From: Planctomycetota bacterium
GTDB taxonomy: Bacteria; Planctomycetota; GCA-002687715; CAIWVZ01
Length of the DNA stretch: 64,000 nt
Direction: 5' to 3'
Assembly (NCBI GenBank): GCA_044222185.1
Contig: JBGANV010000003.1
Coordinates: forward strand, 640,001 to 704,000
The notes under the pieces were generated by a model, which worked only from the letters and a program-made list of their open reading frames with translations, was not told the origin of the DNA and made no database searches. A program made the position numbers and the translations under genes. Of this stretch, positions 48,623-59,018 are shown piece by piece (position 1 is the first letter of the stretch; every line of letters starts with the position of its first letter).

Positions 48623-49642
48623 TCATCCCGTGCGCCTTGCGCGAATCCGGCTCCACCAGGCGCCAAGCCGATCGCCCTGCGCCACGGCGGCGACGACGAT
48701 CAGCAGGCCCTTGATCACGTACTGGATGTTCGAGTCCAGCCCTTGGAGCTGGAAGATGTTCTGCATGTATCCGAACAGCAGGACTCCGACGACCGTGCCG
48801 CCGATCGACCCATCGCCCCCGCGCAGGCTCGTTCCGCCGATCACCACGGCGGCGATGGCATCCAGTTCCTTGCCGTCTCCGGCGTCGGGTTTTCCCTGCG
48901 TGTACTGCGCAGCGTAGAGCGCACCCGTCAGTCCTGCCAGCGCGCCGCACATCGAGTAGACGAAGATCTTCACCCGTCCGACGGCGATGCCGGAATGACG
49001 GGCGGCCTCCTCGTTGCCGCCCACGGCGAAGACGTGCCGGCCGAGCGGCAGGGCGTGGATCAGGAACATCCCGACGACGATGGCCGCGACGAAGAACAGG
49101 CCCGGCACGGGCACGAGGTCGGCGAGCCGCGACGCGAGCCTGCGAAATTCCTCCGGCGCCTGCCCCGGTCCGAAGTAGATCGGGCGGACCATCTGGCCCG
49201 CGCCCGCCGCGAGCCGCGAAACGCCGAGCACGGCGACCATGGATCCGAGCGTGGCGATGAACGGCTGGAGCCCGCCGACCGCCACGAGCATGCCGTTGAC
49301 GACGCCGACGCAGGCGCCGCAGGCCGTCGCCGCGAGGAGCACCACGGTGACGCCGCCCCAGCCGCCCGGCATCCATTCCATGAGGAGTCGTGCCGAGACG
49401 ATCGACCCCAGCGCGAGCGTGGAGCCGACCGAAAGATCGATGCCTCCCGTGAACACCACGAGCGTCATGCCGATGGCGAGGATGCCCACCGATGCGATCT
49501 GGCGGAGCACGTCGCTCTGGTTCCCGGCGCCGAGGAAGATGTTGCCGCCCGCGCGATCGGTCGGAGACAGGATCGCGCCCATCGCGAAAAGCAGCACGAG
49601 CGCAACTCCCTGCATGGACACGATGCGTGACAGACCTTTCAC
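48623..49642 (-). CDS. Sugar ABC transporter permease (RbsC-like)
   Basis: GGIDLSVGS, QPFIATLG, AVGGNEEAA and ELDAIAAVVIGGTSL. Confidence 0.93.
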   Translation of the reverse strand: MKGLSRIVSMQGVALVLLFAMGAILSPTDRAGGNIFLGAGNQSDVLRQIASVGILAIGMTLVVFTGGIDLSVGSTLALGSIVSARLLMEWMPGGWGGVTVVLLAATACGACVGVVNGMLVAVGGLQPFIATLGSMVAVLGVSRLAAGAGQMVRPIYFGPGQAPEEFRRLASRLADLVPVPGLFFVAAIVVGMFLIHALPLGRHVFAVGGNEEAARHSGIAVGRVKIFVYSMCGALAGLTGALYAAQYTQGKPDAGDGKELDAIAAVVIGGTSLRGGDGSIGGTVVGVLLFGYMQNIFQLQGLDSNIQYVIKGLLIVVAAVAQGDRLGAWWSRIRARRTG

Positions 49643-51159
49643 GCCGCGCCTCCTTCCGCCGCGGCCGCGAGGAGTCCCGCTTCGGTGAGCTCGGTGGCAT
49701 CGAACGAACGCGCCACCCGGCCCCCGCGGAGCACGAGCACGCGGTCGCACAGCTCGCACAGCTCCTGCCAGTCCGAGCTGGCGATGATCATGGCTGCGCC
49801 GGCGCCGACGATTTCCCGCAGCTTCTCGTGGATCTCGCGACGCGCACCCACGTCGACTCCGCGCGTCGGCTCGTCGATGAGGAAGAGGCGCGGCTGCGCC
49901 GCCAGCCACTTCCCGACGACGACCTTCTGCTGATTGCCGCCCGACAGTTCGCCGACGCGTTGGGCCGTGCTCTTGCACCTGATTCCGAATCGGGCGACGA
50001 CCTCGTCGACGACGCGACGCTCCTCTCCACGATCGCGGAGTCCGCGTCGGGTCACCCGCGCGGGGACGGTCAGGAGGACGTTTTCGGCGATGGAGCGGCA
50101 ACCGACGATCCCCGCGACCTTGCGTTCTTCGGGAACGAACGCGATGCCGGCGCGGACCGCGTCCCTCGCGGACCGCAGCGCGAGTCGGCGGCCGTCGAGC
50201 TGAACCTCGCCGTGCACGCGGCCCGCGAGGAGTCCGAAGAGAGATTGCATCGTCGCCGTGCGCCCCGACCCGAGAAGTCCCGCCAGTCCCACGATCTCGC
50301 CCCGTCGTACGTCCAGATCCAGACCGTGGAGTGGGACCGGTCGTCCCGCGCGACGCGGGGCAAGACTCAAATCGCGAATCCGCAGCACCACGTCCCCGGG
50401 CACCGCGCGGGAGATCGCCGTCCGAGAGACCTCGCGGCCCACGAGCATCCGCACGATCTCGTCGCGCGACGTCCCGCGAACGGGGCGTGCGCCCGCGACG
50501 ACGCCGTCGCGCAGGATCACGAGTCGATCGCAGAGAGCTTCGACCTCCTCCAGCCGGTGGGAGACGTAGATCATGCCCGTCCCCGCCGTGCGGAGCTTGC
50601 GCAGCACGGTGAAGAGCGTCTCGCGCTCCGACGACGTCAGCGCGGACGTGGGTTCGTCGAGGATCAGGATGCTCGCCTGCCGCGAGAGCGCCTTGGCGAT
50701 CTCGAGAAGCTGGCGGAGGCCGACTCCGAGTGCGGAGACGGGTTCGTCCGGATCCAGGCCCGCGTGCAGCGTCGCGAGTTGCGCCTGCGCCTCGCGTCGC
50801 ATGGTGCGGCGGTCGATGAAGCCGAAGCGCGTTCGCGGCTCGCGGCCGAGAAACAGGTTCTCCGCGCACGTGAGCGAGGGAACGAGCGAGAGCTCCTGGT
50901 GGATCGTGGCGATGCCCGCGCGTTGAGCCTCCGCGGGCGCGCGGAAGTGCTGCACCTCGCCGGCCACTCGGATCTCGCCGGCGTCGGGGCGATGGACGCC
51001 CGCGAGCGCCCGGATCAACGTGGACTTGCCGGCGCCGTTTTCGCCCAGGAGCGCGACGATCTCGCCCGCGCCCACGTCGAGATCCACGCCGCGGAGCACG
51101 GAGACCGCGCCGAACGCCTTGCGGATGCCGATCGCGCGCAGTCGCGGTTCGTCAGTCAC
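49639..51159 (-). CDS. Sugar ABC transporter ATP-binding protein (RbsA-like)
   Basis: GENGAGKST, ILDEPT, LSGGNQQK and DEPTRGVDVGA. Confidence 0.95.
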   Translation of the reverse strand: MTDEPRLRAIGIRKAFGAVSVLRGVDLDVGAGEIVALLGENGAGKSTLIRALAGVHRPDAGEIRVAGEVQHFRAPAEAQRAGIATIHQELSLVPSLTCAENLFLGREPRTRFGFIDRRTMRREAQAQLATLHAGLDPDEPVSALGVGLRQLLEIAKALSRQASILILDEPTSALTSSERETLFTVLRKLRTAGTGMIYVSHRLEEVEALCDRLVILRDGVVAGARPVRGTSRDEIVRMLVGREVSRTAISRAVPGDVVLRIRDLSLAPRRAGRPVPLHGLDLDVRRGEIVGLAGLLGSGRTATMQSLFGLLAGRVHGEVQLDGRRLALRSARDAVRAGIAFVPEERKVAGIVGCRSIAENVLLTVPARVTRRGLRDRGEERRVVDEVVARFGIRCKSTAQRVGELSGGNQQKVVVGKWLAAQPRLFLIDEPTRGVDVGARREIHEKLREIVGAGAAMIIASSDWQELCELCDRVLVLRGGRVARSFDATELTEAGLLAAAAEGGAA

Positions 51160-52591
51160 GGAGTTCGACGAATTCGACGCCAAGCACGCCGGCGATGGTC
51201 CGCAGCTCCTCGATCCAGTCGCCGTAGGTGCCGTGGATGTGGTTGCAGTGGAAGTTCCCCACGAAGGTCTCGGGCGAGCAGCCGAGCCGCGCGAGCGCGT
51301 GGGGCCAGTTGTCCTGTGTCGTGAACGCAAGCGCCTGGTCGTCCGCCGATCCGAAGCTCATGAACTCGGCACGCACGGCGGTCAAGCGGTACTTCGCGGT
51401 GCCGCATCGCGTGAAGCGCCCGAGCGTGACCTTCCCCGGTGACGCGATGTGGTAGACGGCGGCCCCGCCCGCTGGGAAGTAGAAGCCCTGCGGCTTGAAC
51501 GAAACGCGGGGCAGGTTTTCACGCGGGTCGTGGCTGCGACCGGCGAAATAGGTCGCGTGGTTGCCGGAGTTGCAGAGGTCCCAGACGCCTTCGCGCTCGA
51601 AGTAGTGCCGCACGTCGGCAAACAGGCTGGGCTCGCCCGACAGAAGGTGGAAGACCTGCATCGTGAGGGCCGCGTCCATGTCGGCTTCCGTCGAGCAGAC
51701 GATGGGGTCCTTCGGTCCGTCGAAATCGTAGGGGTCGTTCAGGAACGCCTCGGCGATGTCGGCCGTCGCGTAGTGCTCGGTGAGCTCGCGCTGCCCCTTG
51801 ATGCCGCAGAAGTCGTAGCCGAACTCTGCACAGAGCTCCTTCGCGGCGTAGTACATGGAGATCTGGCGCTTGAGCAGATCCGGCGTCAGCCGTCCCTTGG
51901 AGTCGTCGGCCCACTCGATCTTGCCGACGTGCTTCTCGCACCAGCGGAACGCCGCCTCGACGCGATCCTTCGCGACGAGCCCCGCGCGACGCACGAGTTC
52001 CATCTGATCGACGTGGTCGACGTCGATGCCGAACTGTTTCATCCACAGCGCCGGATCGGCGACGGCCGTGTCGATGCCGAGCGAGCGTCCGCCGAAGAGC
52101 CCGAACGTCTGCCCGCGCAGACGATGCGCCGTGGCCACGGCGCGGATCTGGCTCACGAGGCGGCCTCTGACGTGCGCGTCGTCCGTATCGCCGAACGTCT
52201 TGAAGAACGACACGTCGGCCTGAGCCAGCGACCCGGATGCGGCGAGCATGCCCACGAGCCCCGGGTAGCGCGGGTTGACGTTGGAGAACTGAATGATCGG
52301 CTGCGGGAGGATCTGGCTCGCCACGCGTGAATACTGCGGCCAGGCCCACACCGCGTAATTGAACACCACCACGTCCACGTCCGCCGAGCGCAGCTGCTTG
52401 GCGTTCTTCTCGGCGAGGTCGTTGCGCCAGATGACGTCCTCACCCTCGACGACCTGCATGCCTTCGGCTTCGAGAACCTCGCGCAGGCCCTTCGTGAATC
52501 GCGCATTCACCTCCGAGAGGGGCCCCTGGAGAAACTCGCGGCCGTCACCGAACGTGAGAACACCGACGCGGATGGGTCGTTTCTGGCTCAT
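51152..52591 (-). CDS. fucI: L-fucose/D-arabinose isomerase family protein
   Basis: GIKGQRELTEH, EAFLNDPYD, STEADMD, FADVRHY, LCNSG, WPH and NHIH. Confidence 0.85.
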   Translation of the reverse strand: MSQKRPIRVGVLTFGDGREFLQGPLSEVNARFTKGLREVLEAEGMQVVEGEDVIWRNDLAEKNAKQLRSADVDVVVFNYAVWAWPQYSRVASQILPQPIIQFSNVNPRYPGLVGMLAASGSLAQADVSFFKTFGDTDDAHVRGRLVSQIRAVATAHRLRGQTFGLFGGRSLGIDTAVADPALWMKQFGIDVDHVDQMELVRRAGLVAKDRVEAAFRWCEKHVGKIEWADDSKGRLTPDLLKRQISMYYAAKELCAEFGYDFCGIKGQRELTEHYATADIAEAFLNDPYDFDGPKDPIVCSTEADMDAALTMQVFHLLSGEPSLFADVRHYFEREGVWDLCNSGNHATYFAGRSHDPRENLPRVSFKPQGFYFPAGGAAVYHIASPGKVTLGRFTRCGTAKYRLTAVRAEFMSFGSADDQALAFTTQDNWPHALARLGCSPETFVGNFHCNHIHGTYGDWIEELRTIAGVLGVEFVELRD

Positions 52592-52806
52592 GCTTCGTGG
52601 CTCGCTCTCGCCGGCTGAGGCGAGCGCGCAACGTACCACGGGGCGAACGATCAGGGCAACGCGGAGAGCCGGTCCTGCCCCGAGCCCCGGCGCGCGCGAA
52701 ACCTGATGGAGGACCCACGTGACTTTCGGCGGAGCGATTCCCGGCGCTTCCCTTCGCCCGACGCCTTCCGATAGGATCCGGCCGTCACGGCGGGCGCGGG
52801 CACGAC

Positions 52807-55791
52807 ATGTCGAAGCGAGCGAGAGTCTGGGTCGGCGTCGGATTGGTGGCGGCGGTTGTCGCGGCGTGGGCGTTCGTCGTCAGTCGCGAGGAGGCGCGGG
52901 CGCGGGTCGCCGTCGCACGACTTGCGGATGAAGCTCACGCGACCGAGCCCGACGGCGAGTCTCGCCCCGCATCTCGCAGCCAACTGCGGACCATCGCCTC
53001 GCCCTTCGATCCGTCCGCGGATCCTGCCAACGCGCCGGTGAAGACGCGCGTGATCCTGGGCCGACTCGTCGGTCCGGGGCGGTTCCCCGTGGTGGACGCA
53101 AGCGTCGTGGTCACGGGCGGCGATCAGTCGGTGACGACCACGAGCGATGCAGCTGGGGCATTTCACGTCGACCTTCCGTTTGCGGCCACGTCCGACGACT
53201 CGGTAACGGTCGCGGTCCACGCGCGCGCGCCGGACTCGATCGGCGCGATCACGACGTCGTGGTTCAACCCGCAGATCCCCTCCCCGCTCGACCTCGGGAT
53301 CATTCCGTGCGCACCCATGCTGACGCACGTCATTCGCGTCGTCGGCGACGAAGGAACTGTGGCCCATGCGCACGTCCGCATCGCGCCCGCCCCTTGGATG
53401 ACGCCGGTCCTGGTCGACGCTACCGCCGACGGCCATGGCGAACTGTCCTTCGGCTGGGTGCGCTCGTGGCCGTGGGTCGCACGCGTCGTGACGCGCGACG
53501 GGCGTATGGGCGTGGGCGTGCCGCCGAAGGAAATCGACGAGCCCACGTCGCTGACGGTGCGCGTCGGTGCGTCCGAGCGGATCACGGTGGACGTCCGATC
53601 GGACACGGACGACAAACCGGTGCCGGGCACCTCGGTGAGCGTGGTTATGGGCGCCGAGGGCGATCCCGTGGCTCTTTCCGCGCCCGCCGTGTCGGACGCC
53701 GACGGCCGATGTGTCTTCGACGTGTTTGCTCCACGCGCCAGGCTCTCCGTGCGTGCAGCGCCGCCCGCCGGTTGGCAACTGCCCGACCCCGCGGTCGCCG
53801 AATTCGCCTTGGGGGACAAGCGCGACTTGACGCTTCGATTGCGGCGGCACGCCGTCCCGCTCGGCATGCGGTGGCCGATCGAGCACGATGCGGCTACGCC
53901 GGCCGATGGGGCCTCCGTCGTCGTCCGACACCTGAGCTCATGGCTTCTCGGTGGCAAGTTCGCAGACGCACGCGTGCAGGGCGGAGTCCTCGTGGCGCCG
54001 ACGATTCCGCGATCGGGCGGGTGGAGTCCGTTCGCCATCGCGGTCGACGCGTCGGGCGCGGCCGCGCGGCTGACCCAGGCGGACGGACACGAGGTGGGCG
54101 AGCCGATCCGGTTCGCGCCGCTGTGCCACCTCGTCGTCCACGTCGTGGCGGAGAACAAGCCCGTCGGTGGCGCGGACGTGCAGCTCGTCGCATCCGCCGC
54201 CAACGTCGCGTTGACGCATCCGCGCACGACGAACGCGGACGGAGACGCGATCTTCGAGGCGTTGTGGCCGGACACCTACGCCGTCGACATCCACCTGCCG
54301 ACGGCTGCCCGATGGAACCGGCTACGGGCTGACTCGTTCACCATCGCCGACGGAGAGCGGTCGAAGCGCGTCGCCGTCGATCTGGGCGCGCCGCTCCAGG
54401 TCACCGCACACGTCACGGTCAACGGCGCGCGGCGGCTGCCAGACGACTTTCAGATCGACCACGACCGTTCGCAAACGATGATCACGGATTGGCGCGAGGA
54501 CCCGTCATCAGCCACCGTCACGTTCCAACTCTGGAGCCAGACGCACGACGTCGTCCCCATGTTGGAATTCAGCTCGAACGGCATGCCCAACGTGGTGATC
54601 AGAAGCGCGAGCGACTTGCCGTGGCCCGCTGGAGGTCGACTCGACGTCGCTGTCCCGTTCACCAAGGGGCTCTCGATCACGGCGACCGTCATCCCCGCAC
54701 CCGGGCTCAGCCTCCAACTACGGCTCAACGAGTGGCCTCACGTCGACGCGCACGCGTTCGTCTACTGGCGCAGCGACTCGAGTCAGCCGCCCTCGCCAGA
54801 TGGCCGGCTCCGATTCACGCTGCCGGACGTGCCCCCAGGCCGTTACTGCCTAGTCGACGCAACGACCGGGCGCCGCTCCGAAGTCGTCGAGATCGCGGAT
54901 CCGAACGCGCGATACGAGCTGTCACTCGATCTGAGCGGACTTCGCCCACAACGCGGCGTCGTCGTCGGGCCGCGGGAGCGTAGCGTCAAGGGTGCGTTGG
55001 TGCTCGTGAAGGATGCGATGAGTGAGCCGCCACGAACCGAGGATACGGTGACGACCTCGGTCGACGACGACGGCACATTCGTCGTCCCGATCCCTGTCGG
55101 GCACGAGAGCCGTGTGAGTGTATGGCATCCCGAGTTGCGCTCCTCGCCGACCCACGGCTCGGTGACGCTGACGGGGCCCGTGGACGCGCTGCAACTCGCG
55201 CTCCTGGCACCACCGCGTGCGACGCTGACTCTGACAGGTGACGTGCCGACCACGACGACCGACGCAAGCGACGCAGAGGCGCCGCGCATCGGATCGGTCG
55301 TCCTCGTCGAGCCCGGGCCAAAGGCGGCCGCCATCGATACGTTCCCCCTCTTCGCACGAGGCGGCCAGGCGTGGTTCGAATACGACGAGGGACGGACGTG
55401 CAGGATCCGCGTCCACGTGGACGGCAAACCGCTCGCGTGGATCGGCCCCGTAGCTCTCCCCGACGACGGCACCGTGGAACTCGGCCGCGTGAAGCTCGAT
55501 CCAGGTGGACGACTGCGGATCGAACTCGCTCCGAGCGCCAACGTGGAGGCGGAGTCCTACGCCGTTTGGCTTTCGTCAGACGACCCCGTGCAAAACCTCC
55601 TGAACGGCTACGAGCGGAACGTTCGCCATGACGAGCCCGTCGTGACCTTCGACCCCGTCGTCCCCGGCACCTACTTCTTGCGCATCACACCTCGACTCCA
55701 GTCGCCGCGAACCCCGAGGCCGTCCCACATCCTCACGCGCACGATCACCATCGATTCAGGCCGCGAGACGTTCGTGAGGTACGCGCCATGA
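52807..55791 (+). CDS. Membrane-anchored carboxypeptidase-regulatory-like (beta-sandwich repeat) protein
   Basis: N-terminal TM; repeated PV.GA.V...T[DN]ADG...F..L.PG.Y units. Confidence 0.8.
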   Translation: MSKRARVWVGVGLVAAVVAAWAFVVSREEARARVAVARLADEAHATEPDGESRPASRSQLRTIASPFDPSADPANAPVKTRVILGRLVGPGRFPVVDASVVVTGGDQSVTTTSDAAGAFHVDLPFAATSDDSVTVAVHARAPDSIGAITTSWFNPQIPSPLDLGIIPCAPMLTHVIRVVGDEGTVAHAHVRIAPAPWMTPVLVDATADGHGELSFGWVRSWPWVARVVTRDGRMGVGVPPKEIDEPTSLTVRVGASERITVDVRSDTDDKPVPGTSVSVVMGAEGDPVALSAPAVSDADGRCVFDVFAPRARLSVRAAPPAGWQLPDPAVAEFALGDKRDLTLRLRRHAVPLGMRWPIEHDAATPADGASVVVRHLSSWLLGGKFADARVQGGVLVAPTIPRSGGWSPFAIAVDASGAAARLTQADGHEVGEPIRFAPLCHLVVHVVAENKPVGGADVQLVASAANVALTHPRTTNADGDAIFEALWPDTYAVDIHLPTAARWNRLRADSFTIADGERSKRVAVDLGAPLQVTAHVTVNGARRLPDDFQIDHDRSQTMITDWREDPSSATVTFQLWSQTHDVVPMLEFSSNGMPNVVIRSASDLPWPAGGRLDVAVPFTKGLSITATVIPAPGLSLQLRLNEWPHVDAHAFVYWRSDSSQPPSPDGRLRFTLPDVPPGRYCLVDATTGRRSEVVEIADPNARYELSLDLSGLRPQRGVVVGPRERSVKGALVLVKDAMSEPPRTEDTVTTSVDDDGTFVVPIPVGHESRVSVWHPELRSSPTHGSVTLTGPVDALQLALLAPPRATLTLTGDVPTTTTDASDAEAPRIGSVVLVEPGPKAAAIDTFPLFARGGQAWFEYDEGRTCRIRVHVDGKPLAWIGPVALPDDGTVELGRVKLDPGGRLRIELAPSANVEAESYAVWLSSDDPVQNLLNGYERNVRHDEPVVTFDPVVPGTYFLRITPRLQSPRTPRPSHILTRTITIDSGRETFVRYAP

Positions 55792-57425
55792 AGCGGATCG
55801 TCCTGCGAAGCGCCGCGATCGTGGCGTTGATCGGTTTCGCCGCGGGCACGGCGTGGCTCGGGGAGCGATCCGCACGAGAGACGACGGCCGATACGCGGGG
55901 CGACACGGAGGCGGACGCGGCGTTGTTGGCGCTGCGGAAGCTCCCCATCACCGAACCGGTCGAGGGTGGGATCGTCGTGCGCATCGTCTCCGAATCAGGC
56001 ACGCCGTGCGGGGGCGCCGACGTCTTCTGCACGCCGGAGGCCGATCTCGTCACTCGCCATCCGGCGGAGGTGGGCTCGTTTCTCCCCGATCTCGAGAACT
56101 GGATCGCGCCCCTCGCCACGCGCTACCGCACGGACGCCTCGGGAGAGACTCGCATCGCCCACGACTCGGATCGGATCCTCATCGCCGTTCATGCGGAGGC
56201 GGGAACGAGTGCTGCGCGATGGGCCGAGGGGGAACGCGCGCCGTTCACGATCGCGGTCGGCCCGGAGCGGCGCGTGCGCGTGCTGGTGGTCGACGACGAC
56301 GACGTGGGGGTCCCAGGCATGACCGTCAGCTTGAATCCGCTGCAAGAGCTGGAGTCGGCTCGCATGACGCGCGTCACGGGAACGAACGGGTTCGTGACTC
56401 TCGGGTGCCTGTCGCGCCTCTTGCGCGGTGTCAGTCCCGGCCGCGTCGATCAGGCGACGGTGTCGATCGCCGTGCCGAGCCCGTCGGCCGGCTCGGCCTC
56501 CGTCGACCTGCGGAATCCGCCCCGCGACTTCGTGGTGCTGCGGCAGAGGGAAGGCGGCACGCTGCGGATCACCGTCGTCGATCGATCGGGCGCGCCCATT
56601 CGGGAGGAGACGCCCATCACCGTCGCGCCGCGAGGCCGGAGTCAGGACGATGGGAAGGCCGGCAGATCCTCGGGGAATCCGCCGAGAATGACGCGATCGG
56701 ACGGAACCCTGACGCTCGAACGCGTCCCGTTGGGGTTCGAAATGGAGGTCACCGTCACGGCGGACGAGTACTCGCCGGCGAAGACGAAGATCAAAGGGCC
56801 AACGCACGCGGGCGAGACGATCGACGTCGCCGTGGCCGTCGGTGCCGCCGTGCCGGTCGTCCGCTTTCGCGTCGCGGCGGTGAGCGGACGGGCCCTGGCC
56901 TCGCGGGGCTTTCAGCTTCGGTGCGAGGATCGGGACGTCTCGGGAACAGTCGTCCCACGTCGGTCGACCCCGCAGACGGACTCCGAAGGCTTTGCGCGGT
57001 TTGCGTGGCGCGATGTCTCATCCTCGCTCGCGCGTCCGCCAGCGTTCGTGGAGATCACGATGCTCGATGGCCGGTGCGGCCTCATCGAGCTCCCGGCGAC
57101 GCTCGCGGTTGGAATCAACGACCTGGCCGACGTCGTCGTGCGCGAGACCGCCGTCGTCGCGGAGGGGTGGGTGATCGACGGCGACGACCGCCCGGTCGAG
57201 GACGCGTCGGTGAGCGTCGTGCACCTGTCGGCGCGCGCCGGGGATCGGCCCCTCGAGTTCTGCTCGAAGCCGCCGACGCGAACGGGGTTGGACGGACATT
57301 TCGCGGTGCGCTCGTGGCTCCCCGATCCCTTCGCCCTGCGGATCACGAAGAGTGGCTCCCGGACGGTTCTCACGAAGCCCGTCGCGCGCAACGGCGCGCC
57401 GCAGACCTATCTCCTCGGTCGTTGA
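55788..57425 (+). CDS. Second carboxypeptidase-regulatory-like repeat protein
   Basis: N-terminal TM; same repeat type (V.V.D..G.P, TD..G); ATGA overlap. Confidence 0.75.
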   Translation: MKRIVLRSAAIVALIGFAAGTAWLGERSARETTADTRGDTEADAALLALRKLPITEPVEGGIVVRIVSESGTPCGGADVFCTPEADLVTRHPAEVGSFLPDLENWIAPLATRYRTDASGETRIAHDSDRILIAVHAEAGTSAARWAEGERAPFTIAVGPERRVRVLVVDDDDVGVPGMTVSLNPLQELESARMTRVTGTNGFVTLGCLSRLLRGVSPGRVDQATVSIAVPSPSAGSASVDLRNPPRDFVVLRQREGGTLRITVVDRSGAPIREETPITVAPRGRSQDDGKAGRSSGNPPRMTRSDGTLTLERVPLGFEMEVTVTADEYSPAKTKIKGPTHAGETIDVAVAVGAAVPVVRFRVAAVSGRALASRGFQLRCEDRDVSGTVVPRRSTPQTDSEGFARFAWRDVSSSLARPPAFVEITMLDGRCGLIELPATLAVGINDLADVVVRETAVVAEGWVIDGDDRPVEDASVSVVHLSARAGDRPLEFCSKPPTRTGLDGHFAVRSWLPDPFALRITKSGSRTVLTKPVARNGAPQTYLLGR

Positions 57426-57441
57426 ACGGGACGCTTGCGAT

Positions 57442-57640
57442 TCAGAACACGATGTCGTGCGCCGCGCTCGCCGCGTACGTTCCGTTCGCCGCGAGCGGGT
57501 GCACGGCGAAGAACTGGAGCCGCACGGTCAAGCCGCCGAGCCCCATGGGGACCACGTAGCTCAAGTCGATTCCCGTCGGCGGCAGTGGATCGCCGCCGCC
57601 GTCGAGCCACAGAGCGAAGTCCACGTCTTCGTTCGATCCC
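57442..57640 (-). pseudogene. Orphan 3' fragment of a secreted-protein C-terminal domain
   Basis: ...VPMGLGGLTVRLQFFAVHPLAANGTYAASAAHDIVF* resembles the C-termini of 37772-39661 and 60877-62979. Its 5' side abuts the 211-bp repeats. Confidence 0.5.
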
Positions 57641-57641
57641 G

Positions 57642-58210
57642 GGAACGCCAAGCTCTGCCTCGCCGGTTCGGCAGGGCTCCTGCCCTGCCGCGAACGTCGA
57701 CGACCGCGCCATCGCTGTCGACATCCCGACAACTCCACTTCCCGCACCACCGTCCGAGCGGCCGTCAGCACATCGGGCAGGGCAGAGCCCTGCCGTCCGG
57801 CCGCGTCGAAACGCGGCGCTCCCCGCGCACCGCTTCCCGTGCGTGCTGCGCCGGAACGCCAGGCTCTGCCTGGCCGGTTCGGCAGGGGTCCTGCCCTGCC
57901 GTGAACGTCGACGGCCGCGCCATCGCTGTCGACATCCCGACAACTCCACTTCCCGCACCACCGTCCGAACGGCCGTCAGCACATCGGGCAGGGCGGAGCC
58001 CTGCCGTCCGGCCGCGTCGAAACGCGGCGCTCCCCGCGCACCACTTCCCGAGCGTGCTGCGTCGGAACGCCAGGCTCTGCCTGGCTGGTTCGGCAGGGCT
58101 CCTGCCCTGCCGCGAACGTCGACGACCGCGCCATCGCTGTCGACCTCCCAACGAATCCAGCTCCGCACCACCGTCCGTCCGGCCGCGTGGAAACGCGGCG
58201 CTCCCGCGCC
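57642..58210. repeat. 211-bp tandem repeat (about 2.7 copies) carrying REP-like palindromes
   Basis: Units start at 57642, 57853 and 58064. Hairpins GGCAGGGC-TCCT-GCCCTGCC, GGCAGGGC-AGA-GCCCTGCC and GCCGCGT-CGAA-ACGCGGC. Confidence 0.9.
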
Positions 58211-58212
58211 CC

Positions 58213-58860
58213 TCACTTCGCCGCGGGATTGACCGTATCGCTGACCGCGTAATCGGCGATCTTGTAGGACTTGTCGTCGCGCACGAGGTTGACTTCCAGG
58301 AGCAACGCTCCCAGCTCGTCGTGGCGACTGTTCTCGTTCCCGAGCAGGAGCGTGTAGCCGAGCACGAACCCGCGGGGCCATTTCCGGTTGCCGCTGCGCT
58401 TGGATGCGAACCGGACGTCGCGCACGAAGCCGCGCGCGTCGAACAGCTTCGTCCAGTCCTCGACGAAGACGTCGAACGGGACGTCGAGCTGTTTCTCGGG
58501 CATCAGCATGTCCCACGCCGCGCGGAGCCCCGTGACCGGCGCATCCTCGGGCTTGGCTCCGGAGCCCTTGACATAGCCGTTCGCAAGTCCGATGCGCTGC
58601 ACGAACAGCTCGGCGACGTCCTCGTGGCGCGGGCCACGGTCACCGCGATCCCTGAACACCATGATCCCGAGCGCCGCCAGCCCCCAGAGGATTCCCACGG
58701 CGATGGCGGCCGCGATCCACGGGTTGCGTCGGGAAGGCTTGCGCGGCCCGAAGCGCGAATGCGGCGGGCGGCCGACGCCCTGCGCCATCGGGGGCGGCAC
58801 CGGTGGCGGAGTCGATGAGGGTGGCGACGGAGGCGTCGAGTTCGGAGGCACGCCAGCCAT
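58213..58860 (-). CDS. Hypothetical membrane-anchored protein
   Basis: Pro-rich N-terminus, one TM (WIAAAIAVGILWGLAALGIMVF), host-like codon usage. Confidence 0.7.
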   Translation of the reverse strand: MAGVPPNSTPPSPPSSTPPPVPPPMAQGVGRPPHSRFGPRKPSRRNPWIAAAIAVGILWGLAALGIMVFRDRGDRGPRHEDVAELFVQRIGLANGYVKGSGAKPEDAPVTGLRAAWDMLMPEKQLDVPFDVFVEDWTKLFDARGFVRDVRFASKRSGNRKWPRGFVLGYTLLLGNENSRHDELGALLLEVNLVRDDKSYKIADYAVSDTVNPAAK

Positions 58861-59018
58861 GAGGCAACAGAATACCCCCGCCGCGGGCGGGAGACGAGCC
58901 ACACCGCGCGCTCGTCGCCGCTTCCGGCCACTGCTAAGCTCGCGCCCTCCCTCGGCATGACGGCCACCTTCACACCTCCGCCGGCACCTCCCGGACCCGG
59001 GACCCGAGCATCTCGTTC

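Noticed and set aside
57642-58210. Second CRISPR array
   Set aside because: Whole 211-bp units repeat, with no unique spacers.
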